Positions 1-11,188 of a stretch of 64,000 nucleotides of DNA are shown here, piece after piece (positions within the stretch are counted from its first letter, which is position 1; the number at the start of each line of letters is the position of its first letter). The position numbers and the translations under genes are program-made. This stretch comes from an uncultured Verrucomicrobiae bacterium (GTDB lineage Bacteria; Verrucomicrobiota; Verrucomicrobiia; Chthoniobacterales; UBA10450), in NCBI GenBank assembly GCA_963801815.1, contig CAWDGJ010000002.1:1-64000 (forward strand), in the 5' to 3' direction. The notes under the pieces are model-generated. The model made no database searches and had not been told where the DNA came from. It saw only the letters and a list, made by a program, of their open reading frames with translations.

Positions 1-213
1 TCGCTTTTCGTCGCGCCGGTGCTGGTCCTGCTCGGGTTCTTCATAGACAAGCCTCTCGACCTGGTGTTCAACACCTTCGAGGTGGTAGCTGTGCTCGTGA
101 CAATGCTTATAGCGAGCGCCATTATCCAGGATGGGGAGAGCACCTGGTTCGAGGGCTTTCAATTGCTGGCCACTTATGGGATCCTGGCGGTGGCCTTTTT
201 CTTCCACCCATGA
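1..213 (+). CDS. cax: Ca2+/H+ antiporter (CaCA family), C-terminal part, runs off window start
   Basis: Frame open from base 1: SLFVAPVLVLLG...LDLVFNTFEVVAV...DGESTWFEGFQLLATYGILAVAFFFHP, the typical CaCA C-terminus. Confidence 0.85.
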   Translation, partial: SLFVAPVLVLLGFFIDKPLDLVFNTFEVVAVLVTMLIASAIIQDGESTWFEGFQLLATYGILAVAFFFHP

Positions 214-386
214 TCGCCCTGAAGGGGCGCTTGCAGGTTTATTGTTTGATTGGACTTAGGCATATGTGGAATAATGGGGTTGGTGGTCGTAAAACGGCCA
301 GATCTCATACTACGCCATGTTATCAGTTTTGACCGCTCACGATCTTGTGGGCCACCACATGAGACGGAAAATAGGCAAGTATCGTG

Positions 387-426
387 GGGACACCCCAAAC
401 CCCGGTAGGGAGACCCCTACACCCCT
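387..426 (+). repeat. 40-bp dispersed hairpin repeat, copy 1
   Basis: GGGACACCCCAAACCCCGGTAGGGAGACCCCTACACCCCT; 38/40 identical to the reverse complement of 2620-2659. Confidence 0.85.
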
Positions 427-455
427 ATTTTCAGAGAAAACCTGTGGATAGTGAC

Positions 456-1715
456 ATGCAACAGACCGAGGCGGCCCGCAAAGGACAATCGGCGGACTTC
501 TGGAAGTTCTGGACCGGCCAGGCCATCTCCGCGCTGGGCGATTCCTTCTCCGGCTTCGCCCTGCCTCTGCTCGTTTACACGCTGACCGGCTCTGCTATCA
601 ACCTTGCCATCAGCACGGCGGCTTATATGCTGCCCTACCTTTTGTTCGGGCTATTCATCGGCGCCTGGTCGGATAGGTTGGACCGCAAGCGGCTGATGAT
701 TCTGGTGGACATGGGGCGCGCCATCGTGCTGGCCACCATACCGGCCATGTTCTTCTTCGGCTTCCTGTCCGTGTGGTGGATATATGTGGTATCTTTCATC
801 ACGTCCACGCTCGGAATCTTCTTCGATTTGGCCGAGTTCGCGGCCATACCGAGCCTGGTGACTAATGCCGACGACCTGGTCACGGCCAACGGGCGCATCC
901 AGGCAAGCTATTCGGCGGCGCGTATTGTCGGCCCTCTCACGGCGGGCGTGCTGGTGGCTTTCATGCCCATCCCCGACCTGATATTGTTCGATGCGCTCTC
1001 CTTCGTGGTATCGGCGGTGTCATTAGGGCTGATCGCCAGAAGCTTCAACGTGAGCCGGCCCAGGAGGAGTACCACCGTCAGGCATGACGTCATGGAGGGT
1101 CTGCGCTACGTGCTCAGGCACCCGGTGCTGCGCAATATATCGATCATGATGGCGCTGGTCAACTTCTTCGGCGTGACGGTGCAATCGCAGATGATCCTCT
1201 TCTCGAAGCAGGAACTGGGCGCAACCGATACGCAGGTGAGCTTGCTCTATTCGGCGGGCAGCGCAGGTGTGATTGTGCTTTCTCTGCTGGCGGGATTGCT
1301 GAGGAAGTGGTGGCCCTTCAGCAAAGTAGCGCTGGGCTCGCTGCTGGCAAGCGGGTTGCTCACAATCGCCCTGGCCTTCACGCCCTTTTACTGGCTGGCC
1401 CTGCCGATCTGGGCGCTCATATCGGGGCTCGGCACCCTGTTCAACATCAATACGTCGAGCCTACGCCAGGCCATCGTGCCGAACGAGATGCTTGGGCGCG
1501 TGGTCAGCATCGCGGGCGTGCTGGCCTGGTCGGCCATACCGCTTGGCTCGCTGCTAGGCGGCTGGGCCATCGAGCAGACAGGCAACGTCGTGATGGTTTT
1601 CGCGGCGATAGGGCTCATTCGGGTGCTGATACCCATCGCCTTCTCGCTCACGCCGTTGGGGCATGCCGAGGACTACCTACCGGCTAAGGAAGAGGCGGCT
1701 GTGCAGGCGGCGTGA
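456..1715 (+). CDS. MFS transporter (DHA3/macrolide-efflux-like H+ antiporter family)
   Basis: About 12 hydrophobic segments; FWKFWTGQAISALGD start, motif A-like GAWSDRLDRKRLM, RQAIVPNEMLGRV. ATG 456 preferred to the ORF-track start 384, which lies in the repeat. Confidence 0.85.
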   Translation: MQQTEAARKGQSADFWKFWTGQAISALGDSFSGFALPLLVYTLTGSAINLAISTAAYMLPYLLFGLFIGAWSDRLDRKRLMILVDMGRAIVLATIPAMFFFGFLSVWWIYVVSFITSTLGIFFDLAEFAAIPSLVTNADDLVTANGRIQASYSAARIVGPLTAGVLVAFMPIPDLILFDALSFVVSAVSLGLIARSFNVSRPRRSTTVRHDVMEGLRYVLRHPVLRNISIMMALVNFFGVTVQSQMILFSKQELGATDTQVSLLYSAGSAGVIVLSLLAGLLRKWWPFSKVALGSLLASGLLTIALAFTPFYWLALPIWALISGLGTLFNINTSSLRQAIVPNEMLGRVVSIAGVLAWSAIPLGSLLGGWAIEQTGNVVMVFAAIGLIRVLIPIAFSLTPLGHAEDYLPAKEEAAVQAA

Positions 1716-1727
1716 ACGTCACCCCAG

Positions 1728-1967
<240 letters not shown>

Positions 1968-2035
1968 CTACCTAATAAACTCATTTACCGTATTCTCGTC
2001 CATCTGTTTCGCTCTGACATGGACCTAAACGAGCG

Positions 2036-2566
2036 CTAAACCTCGAGGAGGTGAACCTCTTCCTCGTCAGCTTCGGGGCTGATCTTCCTGAGGGTCTTGA
2101 TGTTGACCACGCGGTCGGTGAAGAGGATGCCGTTGAGGTGGTCGATCTCGTGCTGGAGCACGCGGGCGTAGTAATGGTCGGCCTTGATGCGGATTTCCTT
2201 GCCTTCGGGGGTCTGGCCTTTGACCGTTATTGAGAGGTGACGCGGCACGTCTCCGATCCAGCCGGGGATGCTGAGGCAGCCCTCCACCCCTTCTTCCATC
2301 TCCTCGCTCGCCTTGACGATCTCGGGGTTGCAGAGGGCCACCTTGAAGCCGCGCTCGTCTTCCTTGGGGTCGGGCGTATATTCGGCCACCAGCACTCTTA
2401 TAGACTGGCCTATTTGCGGCGCGGCGAGGCCCACGCCGCTGTTCGAGCGCATCGTCTCGAACATGTCGGCCACCAGCTTGCGCAGATTGGCGTCGAAGCT
2501 TTTGATCCGCTTGGCCTTTTCCCGCAGTATCGGGTCGGGCTCGTATCGCATTTCAAGGAGTGGCAT
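2036..2566 (-). CDS. def: peptide deformylase
   Basis: Motifs GVGLAAPQIG, EGCLSIPG, QHEIDHLNG; ATG at 2566 preceded by AGAGGG. Confidence 0.95.
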   Translation of the reverse strand: MPLLEMRYEPDPILREKAKRIKSFDANLRKLVADMFETMRSNSGVGLAAPQIGQSIRVLVAEYTPDPKEDERGFKVALCNPEIVKASEEMEEGVEGCLSIPGWIGDVPRHLSITVKGQTPEGKEIRIKADHYYARVLQHEIDHLNGILFTDRVVNIKTLRKISPEADEEEVHLLEV

Positions 2567-2580
2567 AGGTTCCCTCTTGA

Positions 2581-2742
2581 GTTGTCGATTGTCGGTTGTC
2601 GGTAGATTCTCCTGAGAAAAGGGGTGCAGGGGTCTCCCTGCCGGGGTTTGGGGTGTCCCAAAGATCCCCTTATGTTCCTTCGCTGTAGTGGCCCGCCAGG
2701 CCATCAACTGGCCAGAATAGCCGACTACCGACAACCGACAAC
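2581..2742. repeat. inverted pair of heptamer tandem arrays (TTGTCGG)n ... (CCGACAA)n flanking repeat copy 2
   Basis: 2581-2605 GTTGTCGATTGTCGGTTGTCGGTAG and 2721-2742 CCGACTACCGACAACCGACAAC are near reverse complements. Confidence 0.75.
2620..2659 (-). repeat. 40-bp dispersed hairpin repeat, copy 2
   Basis: Reverse complement GGGACACCCCAAACCCCGGCAGGGAGACCCCTGCACCCCT matches 387-426. Confidence 0.85.
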
Positions 2743-2745
2743 TTT

Positions 2746-5506
2746 TTATAACACACTGATCGGGTCCACATCCAGAGACCAGCCGGCGCCTGGATGGAGG
2801 CCTTGCAGGATGGGCGAAAGGTCGTCGCCTCTCAAGAGGATTTGCCAGCGGTAGCGATTCCTTATCTTGTGTACGAAGCAGGGCGCCGGACCCAGCACGT
2901 CTGTCAGGCTGCCGGTGTCGTCACCTGCAAACTCCTCGACTTTGTGGCGCAGGAAGCGTGCCAGGGCGTTGGCCGCTTGCTCGCAGCGCTCGTTGCTGGG
3001 CGACGAATAGACGAGCCTGGCCAGTTGGCCGTAGGGCGGGTAGCCGTGCTCGGCGCGGAAACGGATTTCGCCCTGGTAGAAGCCCGTGTAGTCGTGGGCT
3101 GCGGCGGCCTGTATGGCGTAGTGGTCGGGGTTGAATGTCTGCACGATTACGCGGCTGTGCGAGCTTTCGGTGCGCCTGCCCGCCCGGCCCGCCACCTGCA
3201 TCAGGAGTTGGAGGCTCCTTTCGGGTGCGCGGAAGTCGGGGAGGAAGAGCCCGGTGTCGGCGCTGATCACGCCCACCAACGTAACGCGAGCTATATCCAG
3301 CCCTTTGGCGATCATTTGAGTGCCCACCAGCACATCCGCATCTCCCCTGGTGAACATCTCCATCATGTCGGCGTGACCACCCTGGCGGGAAGCCGTGTCG
3401 CGGTCCCAGCGCAGCACGCGCGCCCTGGGGAAGAGGGCAGCTACTTCGTCCACCACCTTTTGCGTGCCGGTGCCGAAGCCTTTGATGCTCGGGCTGCCGC
3501 ACTTCGGGCATTCCCTGGGCGTGAGCGAGTAGGCGTTGCAGCGATGGCATAGCATGCCGTGCACGTCGGCGTGGTAGACTAGCGGCACGTCGCAGCGGCG
3601 GCACATGGGCACGTGGCCGCACTCGCGGCAGAGCATGAAGCTGCTGCTGCCCCTCCTGTTGAGGTAGAGGATAGCCTGCTCGTTCCTGACCAGCACCGTA
3701 TCGAGGGCGGACTGCAATTGCCTGCTGAAGAGAGAGTTGTTGCCGGCGCGCAATTCGGCGCGCATGTCCACTACCTGCACGGGCGGCATGGGCAGTTCGG
3801 TGATGAGCTCGACGCCGTCGTGGGTCTTGCGCCGGCCCACGCGCGTGGGCAGCGACAAAAGGCGATATTCCCCTTTCTGCGCGGCGTAGTAGGTGGCGAG
3901 ATCGGGCGTTGCGCTGCCCAGGATGGTGACTGCGCCGGTAAGGGCGGCCCGGCGCAGGGCCACGTCGCGAGCGTGGTAGCGCGGCGAGTGGTCTTGCTGC
4001 TTATATGCCCATTCGTGCTCTTCGTCCACCACGATGAGGCCAAGACGAGGCAAGGGCGCGAACACCGCCGAGCGCGAGCCGACCACGATATCGGCGTGGC
4101 CGTCCCTGATGCGCCTCCATTCGTCGAATTGCTGGCCGGGCGACAACTGGCTGTGGATGAGGGCCACCCGGCCCGGAAAGCGCGTCGCGAAGCGGTGCAC
4201 GGCCTGGGGCGTAAGCGAGATTTCGGGCACGAGTACGATAGCCTGCTTGCCCATGCGCAGCGCCATGCCGATAGCGCGCAAATACAGCTCGGTCTTGCCG
4301 CTTCCGGTGACGCCGTGGAGGAGGAAGGCGGCGGGTGGCGACGAAGGACTGAGGACGAAGGACGAAGGAATCGGGCGACGATCCGTTCGTCTTTCGTCTT
4401 TCGTCCTTCGTCGTACCCTCGAGCGCCCCCGCGATCTCGCGCCATGCGGCGGACTGGGCGGCGGTGAGGGTTGGCGGCTCGTCGTTGGCGGTCGACGCGA
4501 TATTTGCGACCGGCCTGCGGTGCACGGCGCGCTCGCCTAGCTCGACCAGGCCCTTGCGCTCGAGGGCGTTCACGGTGGAGGAGGTAGCGCCCGTGTGCAG
4601 GTAGAGGTCGCTCAGCCGCTGCCAGCTCTCGCTGGAAGGTGTCGTCGTCGGCGTCCTGCTCGTTGGCCGTCGACACCTGGAAGGACTTGTAGCTGCCTGC
4701 CCCGTTGGCGGCTGATGCGCGCTTGAGGAGCCAGTCGAGCACGGCGGCCTGCAAAGGGGCACGCTGGGAGCTATCGCCGAGGGCTTGATACGCTGCGTCG
4801 TCCGGCACGGCAAGGCGAATGATGCGCTCCTGCTGGGGGCGAGAGCGAGGGGACGGCAGCTCGACGCGGCGCGTGACCAACCCGTCCCGCTCCAGGCCGC
4901 GCAACGCCGTGTCCAGCCCCGACGAAGCGCCTTTGTAGCTGCGCTTGAGGCGGGCCATCGTCATCCCCTTGCGGGGCGCCTCCTGCAAGAGCGACACGAC
5001 CTGCTTCTGGCGGCGTCCCAGGGCGACCATCAGCGGCTCGACCACTTGATTTCTCTTCCCGGACCGTATTCGATTGGCTTCCAGCGAGGGGCGCGGCAAG
5101 GCTGACGGTGGTTACCGCCCTGCGGGCCACGCCGGGTGGTAGCATGGGGGCGATGGCCTGCCAGAGGGTGCAGCGATAGTGCTCGGCGATCCAGCGGGCC
5201 AGATCGAGCATGGCCGGCGGGAGCACGGGGCGCGCATCGACCATTCGGGTGATAGGCCTCGTGTGCTCGACGGGCGAACTGTCTGCAAGGTCCACCACTA
5301 CGCCATAGGTGGGAGTGCCGCGCAACGGCACCACCACCAGGTGCCCAGGCTCGACCTGGCCTTCCAGGTGTGGCGGAACGTGGTAGTGCAGGATCAGACC
5401 GAGCGCAAGGTCGGCCGCCATCTGAGGGATCGCTCCCGCCTGGGGTGTCGGGATCTCGGTTTCCATATGATGGCTCGAGGGCCACGATCGCGTATGTGCC
5501 AGGCAA
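2746..5506 (-). CDS. priA: primosomal protein N' (replication restart helicase), split by several frameshifts (probable sequencing indels)
   Basis: N-terminal YAIVAL and LVVVPLRG...YGVVV, HGVTGSGKTELY Walker A, LVPEISLTPQ, VDEEHE, GSATP, Cys-rich CRECGH...CRRC...CHRC...CPKCGS, GTQMIAKGLD, QVAGRAGR, WSLDVDP. TTG start near 5506 is approximate. Confidence 0.92.
4339..4413. repeat. inverted heptamer arrays (GACGAAG)n / (CTTCGTC-like)n inside priA
   Basis: GACGAAGGACTGAGGACGAAGGACGAAGG ... TTCGTCTTTCGTCTTTCGTCCTTCGTCG. Confidence 0.85.
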
Positions 5507-5752
5507 TTGCTCGCTATTCCTGTTACCGCTTTGAGGTGTGGGTAAAGAGAGTGGGACATTCCTATGGAAATTATACGCCTTTGGGCGGCCTGGTGGGACC
5601 AGACTTGCCGCGATGGGGCCGGAATGTGTAAAAAGTGGTGGGCATAACTGGACGCGCGGCATCCCACTTGCTCTAGAATAATCGTATGGAGAGATTATCG
5701 TTGGCTATGAGCGCCCAGTTGGTATCCGGTGGACAATAAGCAGTAGAATGTG

Positions 5753-6396
5753 ATGCGAGCTTTTCTCGGCAACAATTGCGCCAAGGGCTGCCTCATTTAC
5801 ATATTTGCGTTCGCGCTTCTGGTGGTAGTTAGCTCGATGGGGTTAAGTGGGCTCAGTTCAAGATTTGGAGTTGCGCAGATACAGGGGATCAAACCTGACC
5901 TGTCGGTGCCGCAGGCGGCGCAGGGCTTGACTATTCTCCAATCGCAACCTGCCAGTGTCAACCAGGACGCCCTCGGTGGGGGGTTGCCACCTACTACAGC
6001 CGGCGTCCACCTCCGACTGCCGCTCCTGCCCAGGCGAGCCCGCTGCCTACAACTCCGCCCCCGCCACCGCAGCAAGGACAGGGCGGCACGATCTCGGGCG
6101 GGACGTCGCAGCCATTTTACGTAGTGCAGCCCGGTGATACCCTCTGGTCGATCGCGCAGAAGTTTGGGGTTAGTATCGACGCGCTCCGGGCAGCAAACAA
6201 TATTACGGGCGACATAATCTATCCTGGAGAGGTCATTTATCTGCCGGTTCCGGGGCAATCTGCCCTTCAGTCTACGACGCCGCCCGGCAATCCTTCTGCG
6301 GGCACGCAGCCCGACAGCAGCGGGGACAACCAGGGCCAAAGCCAGGACACGGTGCCCGGCATGCCCGACACAGGAATAAGCTCTAGAAAGCCGTAG
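5753..6396 (+). CDS. membrane-anchored LysM domain protein (frameshift near 6000-6120)
   Basis: N-terminal hydrophobic helix, Pro/Ala linker, then FYVVQPGDTLWSIAQKFGVSIDALRAANNITGDIIYPGEVIYLP; ends MPDTG. Confidence 0.75.
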
Positions 6397-6403
6397 GCCA
6401 GCC

Positions 6404-6850
6404 TTGTCGCTTTCCAAATGTCTCTTTTCAGCCGGACTATTATTCGCGGCGCTGCTACTGCTCGCGTCGTGTGGCGGCATGGGAAGCGGGGGCGATGCCA
6501 TCAATCTGGTGGTCACGCCCGTGCCTTCTCCTACCCCCACCCCGCTGGCTGCCGCCACCGTGCCGCCGGTGACATATCGCGTGAAGCCGGGCGACACCCT
6601 TTCGGGCATAGCAGACCTGTTCGGCGTCACCGTGGACGACATCGTCCGCTACAACAACATCGCCGATCCTAATTCGCTGTCTGTCGGCCAGGTGATTACC
6701 ATACCGGGCCATTCGCCGCCGGTCACTGCTACCACGACCATCACGCCTGGTGCCTCCACGGCCACCCCTGCCGGCACTGCCACCTTCCAGCCCCCTGTGC
6801 TCCCACCTCCGGACGTTACCCCTCCGTTGGGGCCGACCGTCTCGCCATAA
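6404..6850 (+). CDS. LysM domain lipoprotein
   Basis: Lipobox LLASC; YRVKPGDTLSGIADLFGVTVDDIVRYNNIADPNSLSVGQVITIP; Pro/Thr-rich tail. Confidence 0.85.
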   Translation: MSLSKCLFSAGLLFAALLLLASCGGMGSGGDAINLVVTPVPSPTPTPLAAATVPPVTYRVKPGDTLSGIADLFGVTVDDIVRYNNIADPNSLSVGQVITIPGHSPPVTATTTITPGASTATPAGTATFQPPVLPPPDVTPPLGPTVSP

Positions 6851-6863
6851 CTGCAACGGAATA

Positions 6864-6957
6864 GTAGGCGGGGCACCCCTCGTGGGTGCCCTCGGTGGCG
6901 CGCAAATTCTCCGCCACGAGGGCACCCACGAGGGGTGCCTCTAAAGGGGTGCCCTAC
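6864..6957. repeat. GTAG-type REP doublet (intergenic palindrome)
   Basis: Bounded by GTAG...CTAC; perfect 23-bp inverted repeat 6872-6894 / 6917-6939, each arm itself palindromic. Confidence 0.75.
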
Positions 6958-6968
6958 ATTTAGACTGT

Positions 6969-6997
6969 TTGACAATTGGAGGGCCGATTCCTATACT
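6969..6997 (+). promoter_or_regulatory. sigma70-type promoter for the ArsA/Get3-like gene
   Basis: TTGACA-N17-TATACT, about 85 nt upstream of ATG 7082. Confidence 0.7.
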
Positions 6998-7081
6998 TAA
7001 TACCTAAGCCGCGATGGCTTGAGCCATTGTCGCTCGGAAGGCGGGCTATTTTCAGCGTAGATATGGAGACAGCGAGGAAGC

Positions 7082-8266
7082 ATGAGGATTATCCTTTACA
7101 CGGGCAAAGGAGGCGTAGGCAAGACGAGCGTTTCGGCGGCTACGGCTCTGGGCCTCGCAAAGCAGGGCTACCGCACCATCGTCATGAGCACCGACGCTGC
7201 CCATTCGCTCGCCGACTCGTTCGACGTAGCCCTTGCTAATGAGCCTGTGGAGGTCGCAAAGAATCTGTGGGCACAGGAAGTCTCGGTGCTGCACGAGGTG
7301 GACCGCTACTGGATCACGCTACAACGCTACCTGACCACCCTGCTTTCGTGGCGCGGCATGGAAGACGTGGTTGCCGAGGAGATGACGGTGCTGCCGGGTG
7401 CGGAGGAATTGGCGGGCCTGGTCCGCATCGTGAAGCACTACAATTCGGGCCTGTATGACGCCATCGTAGTGGACTGCGCGCCCACCGGTGATACGTTGCG
7501 ACTCCTGTCATTCCCGGAGATCGCGCGCTGGTGGCTTGAAAAACTCTTCCCGATCCAGCGGCAGGCAGCCAAGATCATCCGCCCTTTGGCTCGGGCCGTC
7601 ACCGACATGCCTATGCCCGAGGACGACGTGTTCGAGTCGATCAAGCAGCTGCTCACACAGCTTGACCGCATCCATGACCTCCTGGCCGACCAGAAGATGA
7701 CCTCGGTGCGCATAGTGCTGAACGCCGAGAAGATGGTGGTCAAGGAGGCGCAGCGCACTTACACGTACCTGTCGCTGTTCGGCTACGGCACCGACATGGT
7801 TGTATGTAACCGACTCTTTCCTCCCTCCGTCGATGGCGCATATTTCGCTGCATGGCGCGATATCCAGTCGCGCAACCACCAGCTCGTGGAGGAGTGCTTC
7901 ACGCCCATACCGATCTTCGACGTGCCCTTCTTCGACCAGGAGGTGGTGGGTGTGGAGATGCTGACCAGGATGACTGAGGCCATATTCAATGGGGCCGACC
8001 CTGCCACCGTCTTCTTCAGCGGTAAGGTGCAGTCGATCGAGCCTGTTGGGGCCGGATTCACGCTCACGATGCCATTGCCGCTCGCCACCAAGGACCAGGT
8101 AGACCTCATGCAGAGCGGCGACGAATTGGTGGTGCAGGTAGGAGACTACAAGCGCAATTTGATACTGCCCAGGGCGCTGGCCGCGCAACAAGTGTCCGGG
8201 GCCAAGCTGGAGGGCGGAGAGCTGAAGATCAACTTCGTGCCGGCCGTGGCCAGCAAAGCTCAGTAG
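7082..8266 (+). CDS. ArsA/Get3 (TRC40) family ATPase with C-terminal alpha-crystallin/Hsp20-like domain
   Basis: GKGGVGKT P-loop, STDAAHSL, DCAPTGDTLRLL; C-terminal LTMPLP...DELVVQVGDYKRNLILP...AKLEGGELKINF; single ATPase domain, no ars operon. Confidence 0.9.
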   Translation: MRIILYTGKGGVGKTSVSAATALGLAKQGYRTIVMSTDAAHSLADSFDVALANEPVEVAKNLWAQEVSVLHEVDRYWITLQRYLTTLLSWRGMEDVVAEEMTVLPGAEELAGLVRIVKHYNSGLYDAIVVDCAPTGDTLRLLSFPEIARWWLEKLFPIQRQAAKIIRPLARAVTDMPMPEDDVFESIKQLLTQLDRIHDLLADQKMTSVRIVLNAEKMVVKEAQRTYTYLSLFGYGTDMVVCNRLFPPSVDGAYFAAWRDIQSRNHQLVEECFTPIPIFDVPFFDQEVVGVEMLTRMTEAIFNGADPATVFFSGKVQSIEPVGAGFTLTMPLPLATKDQVDLMQSGDELVVQVGDYKRNLILPRALAAQQVSGAKLEGGELKINFVPAVASKAQ

Positions 8267-8442
8267 CATCTGAGCCACTTTCGGTAAGAAAGTGTGTCTC
8301 GCCGGGGCAAACTTGCAAAGAAGCGCCCATATGCCTATTATTGCAACACGCGCTTTCGCTCGTATGGTTGAACTGTTGGTTCGCTTCCGTATTGGACAAA
8401 TGCTATTTGCAGTGGTATCATGATACCTCGAGAGGGAAAGCA

Positions 8443-8775
8443 GTGGACGAAGGGACCTCACTACACCCGATAGAAGAGGGGCAACAGGCTCAGAGGCCTG
8501 CCGATGAGACGCCCAGTAGCGTAAGTAGCGTAGTTCCGCTGAATAAGCCGCAAAGAGCTGTGTCCGAACAAAGCATTCTGCCTGAGACTACACAGCAGGT
8601 TTTGCAGGAGCTGCTTGAGCTGCCGGGCCGGATGCTTCCTCCCGAGACAGTTCAGCATCTCAAGAACGCCGGCAGAGAAACGCTGCTTGCCTTCTACAGT
8701 CTGTGGCAGAATGTCAATCACGCCGCCCAGGGCGAATCTGGAGAGAAGGTTCGTAAGCATATAGAGGTGGAGTAA
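8443..8775 (+). CDS. small protein typical of the position downstream of ArsA-Hsp20 ATPases
   Basis: GTG start after GAGAGGG; amphipathic LPPETVQHLKNAGRETLLAFYSL; ends KVRKHIEVE. Confidence 0.6.
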   Translation: MDEGTSLHPIEEGQQAQRPADETPSSVSSVVPLNKPQRAVSEQSILPETTQQVLQELLELPGRMLPPETVQHLKNAGRETLLAFYSLWQNVNHAAQGESGEKVRKHIEVE

Positions 8776-8791
8776 AGAGGTAGCAAGGAAG

Positions 8792-10442
<1,651 letters not shown>

Positions 10443-10725
10443 CCGGGTATACGGCTGGTGCGGTCTATTCGCGCGAATATAGCGCTTGGTGTCTGGCGCA
10501 ATCCTGGCCATAGCAGCCCCGTAAGTGAGGCCCATTTACTTCAACGCGAAATTGTTTTGCTGCCTTAGAAGGCGGATTTATCCGTCGTGCGATAATCGTG
10601 TCGCACATTCTCTGCCCCAAATCGAACTCTAACAAGGGCGCGGATTTGCCCGTTGAGTGATAGCGGCGTATAGTGGAGTCCAGGACAAGAATCATCATGA
10701 GAGGGTGTGGCTGAAGGGGAAATGA

Positions 10726-11040
10726 ATGGCTACAGCAACTAAGTCAGGAAAGCCTGTAGATATAGGTAAGATGATAAGCAAGAGGCCGGGGGCGCTCGGC
10801 GGACGGCCGTGCATTGCCGGCACGGGGGTGTCGGTTATGAGGATAGCCGGGTGGCACAACCAGGGATGGATACCTGAAGAGATCGCCAGGCGAGTTGGTA
10901 TTACGCTGGCCGAGGTTCACGCGGCGCTCGCGTACTATTACGCCAACAGCGACGAAATAGATGCTGACATAGCCGATGAACAAGCCGCTTACGCAGGATA
11001 TAAGGAGGGGCGGAAACAGGAAGCTGTCGGAGAGGCGTGA
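10726..11040 (+). CDS. DUF433 family protein
   Basis: ISKRPGALGGRPCIAGTGVSVMRIA...ITLAEVHAALAYYYANSDEID. Confidence 0.88.
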   Translation: MATATKSGKPVDIGKMISKRPGALGGRPCIAGTGVSVMRIAGWHNQGWIPEEIARRVGITLAEVHAALAYYYANSDEIDADIADEQAAYAGYKEGRKQEAVGEA

Positions 11041-11188
11041 GTGCTAAAATGTCCGCTGAAGAAATACAAGGGCAGGCTGTGTACCTGAGCAATTGGGGCT
11101 AGATAGCCCGCTCCGGCGGGTCTCACGTCGTTCGGGCTGGCATTGCCCTTTTTTCGCGCCTGTGACCTTTTTGGATAGGATCTAAGCA

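Noticed and set aside
7082..8266. Arsenite-efflux ATPase ArsA
   Set aside because: Single ATPase domain with an Hsp20-like tail and no arsB/arsC/arsR neighbours
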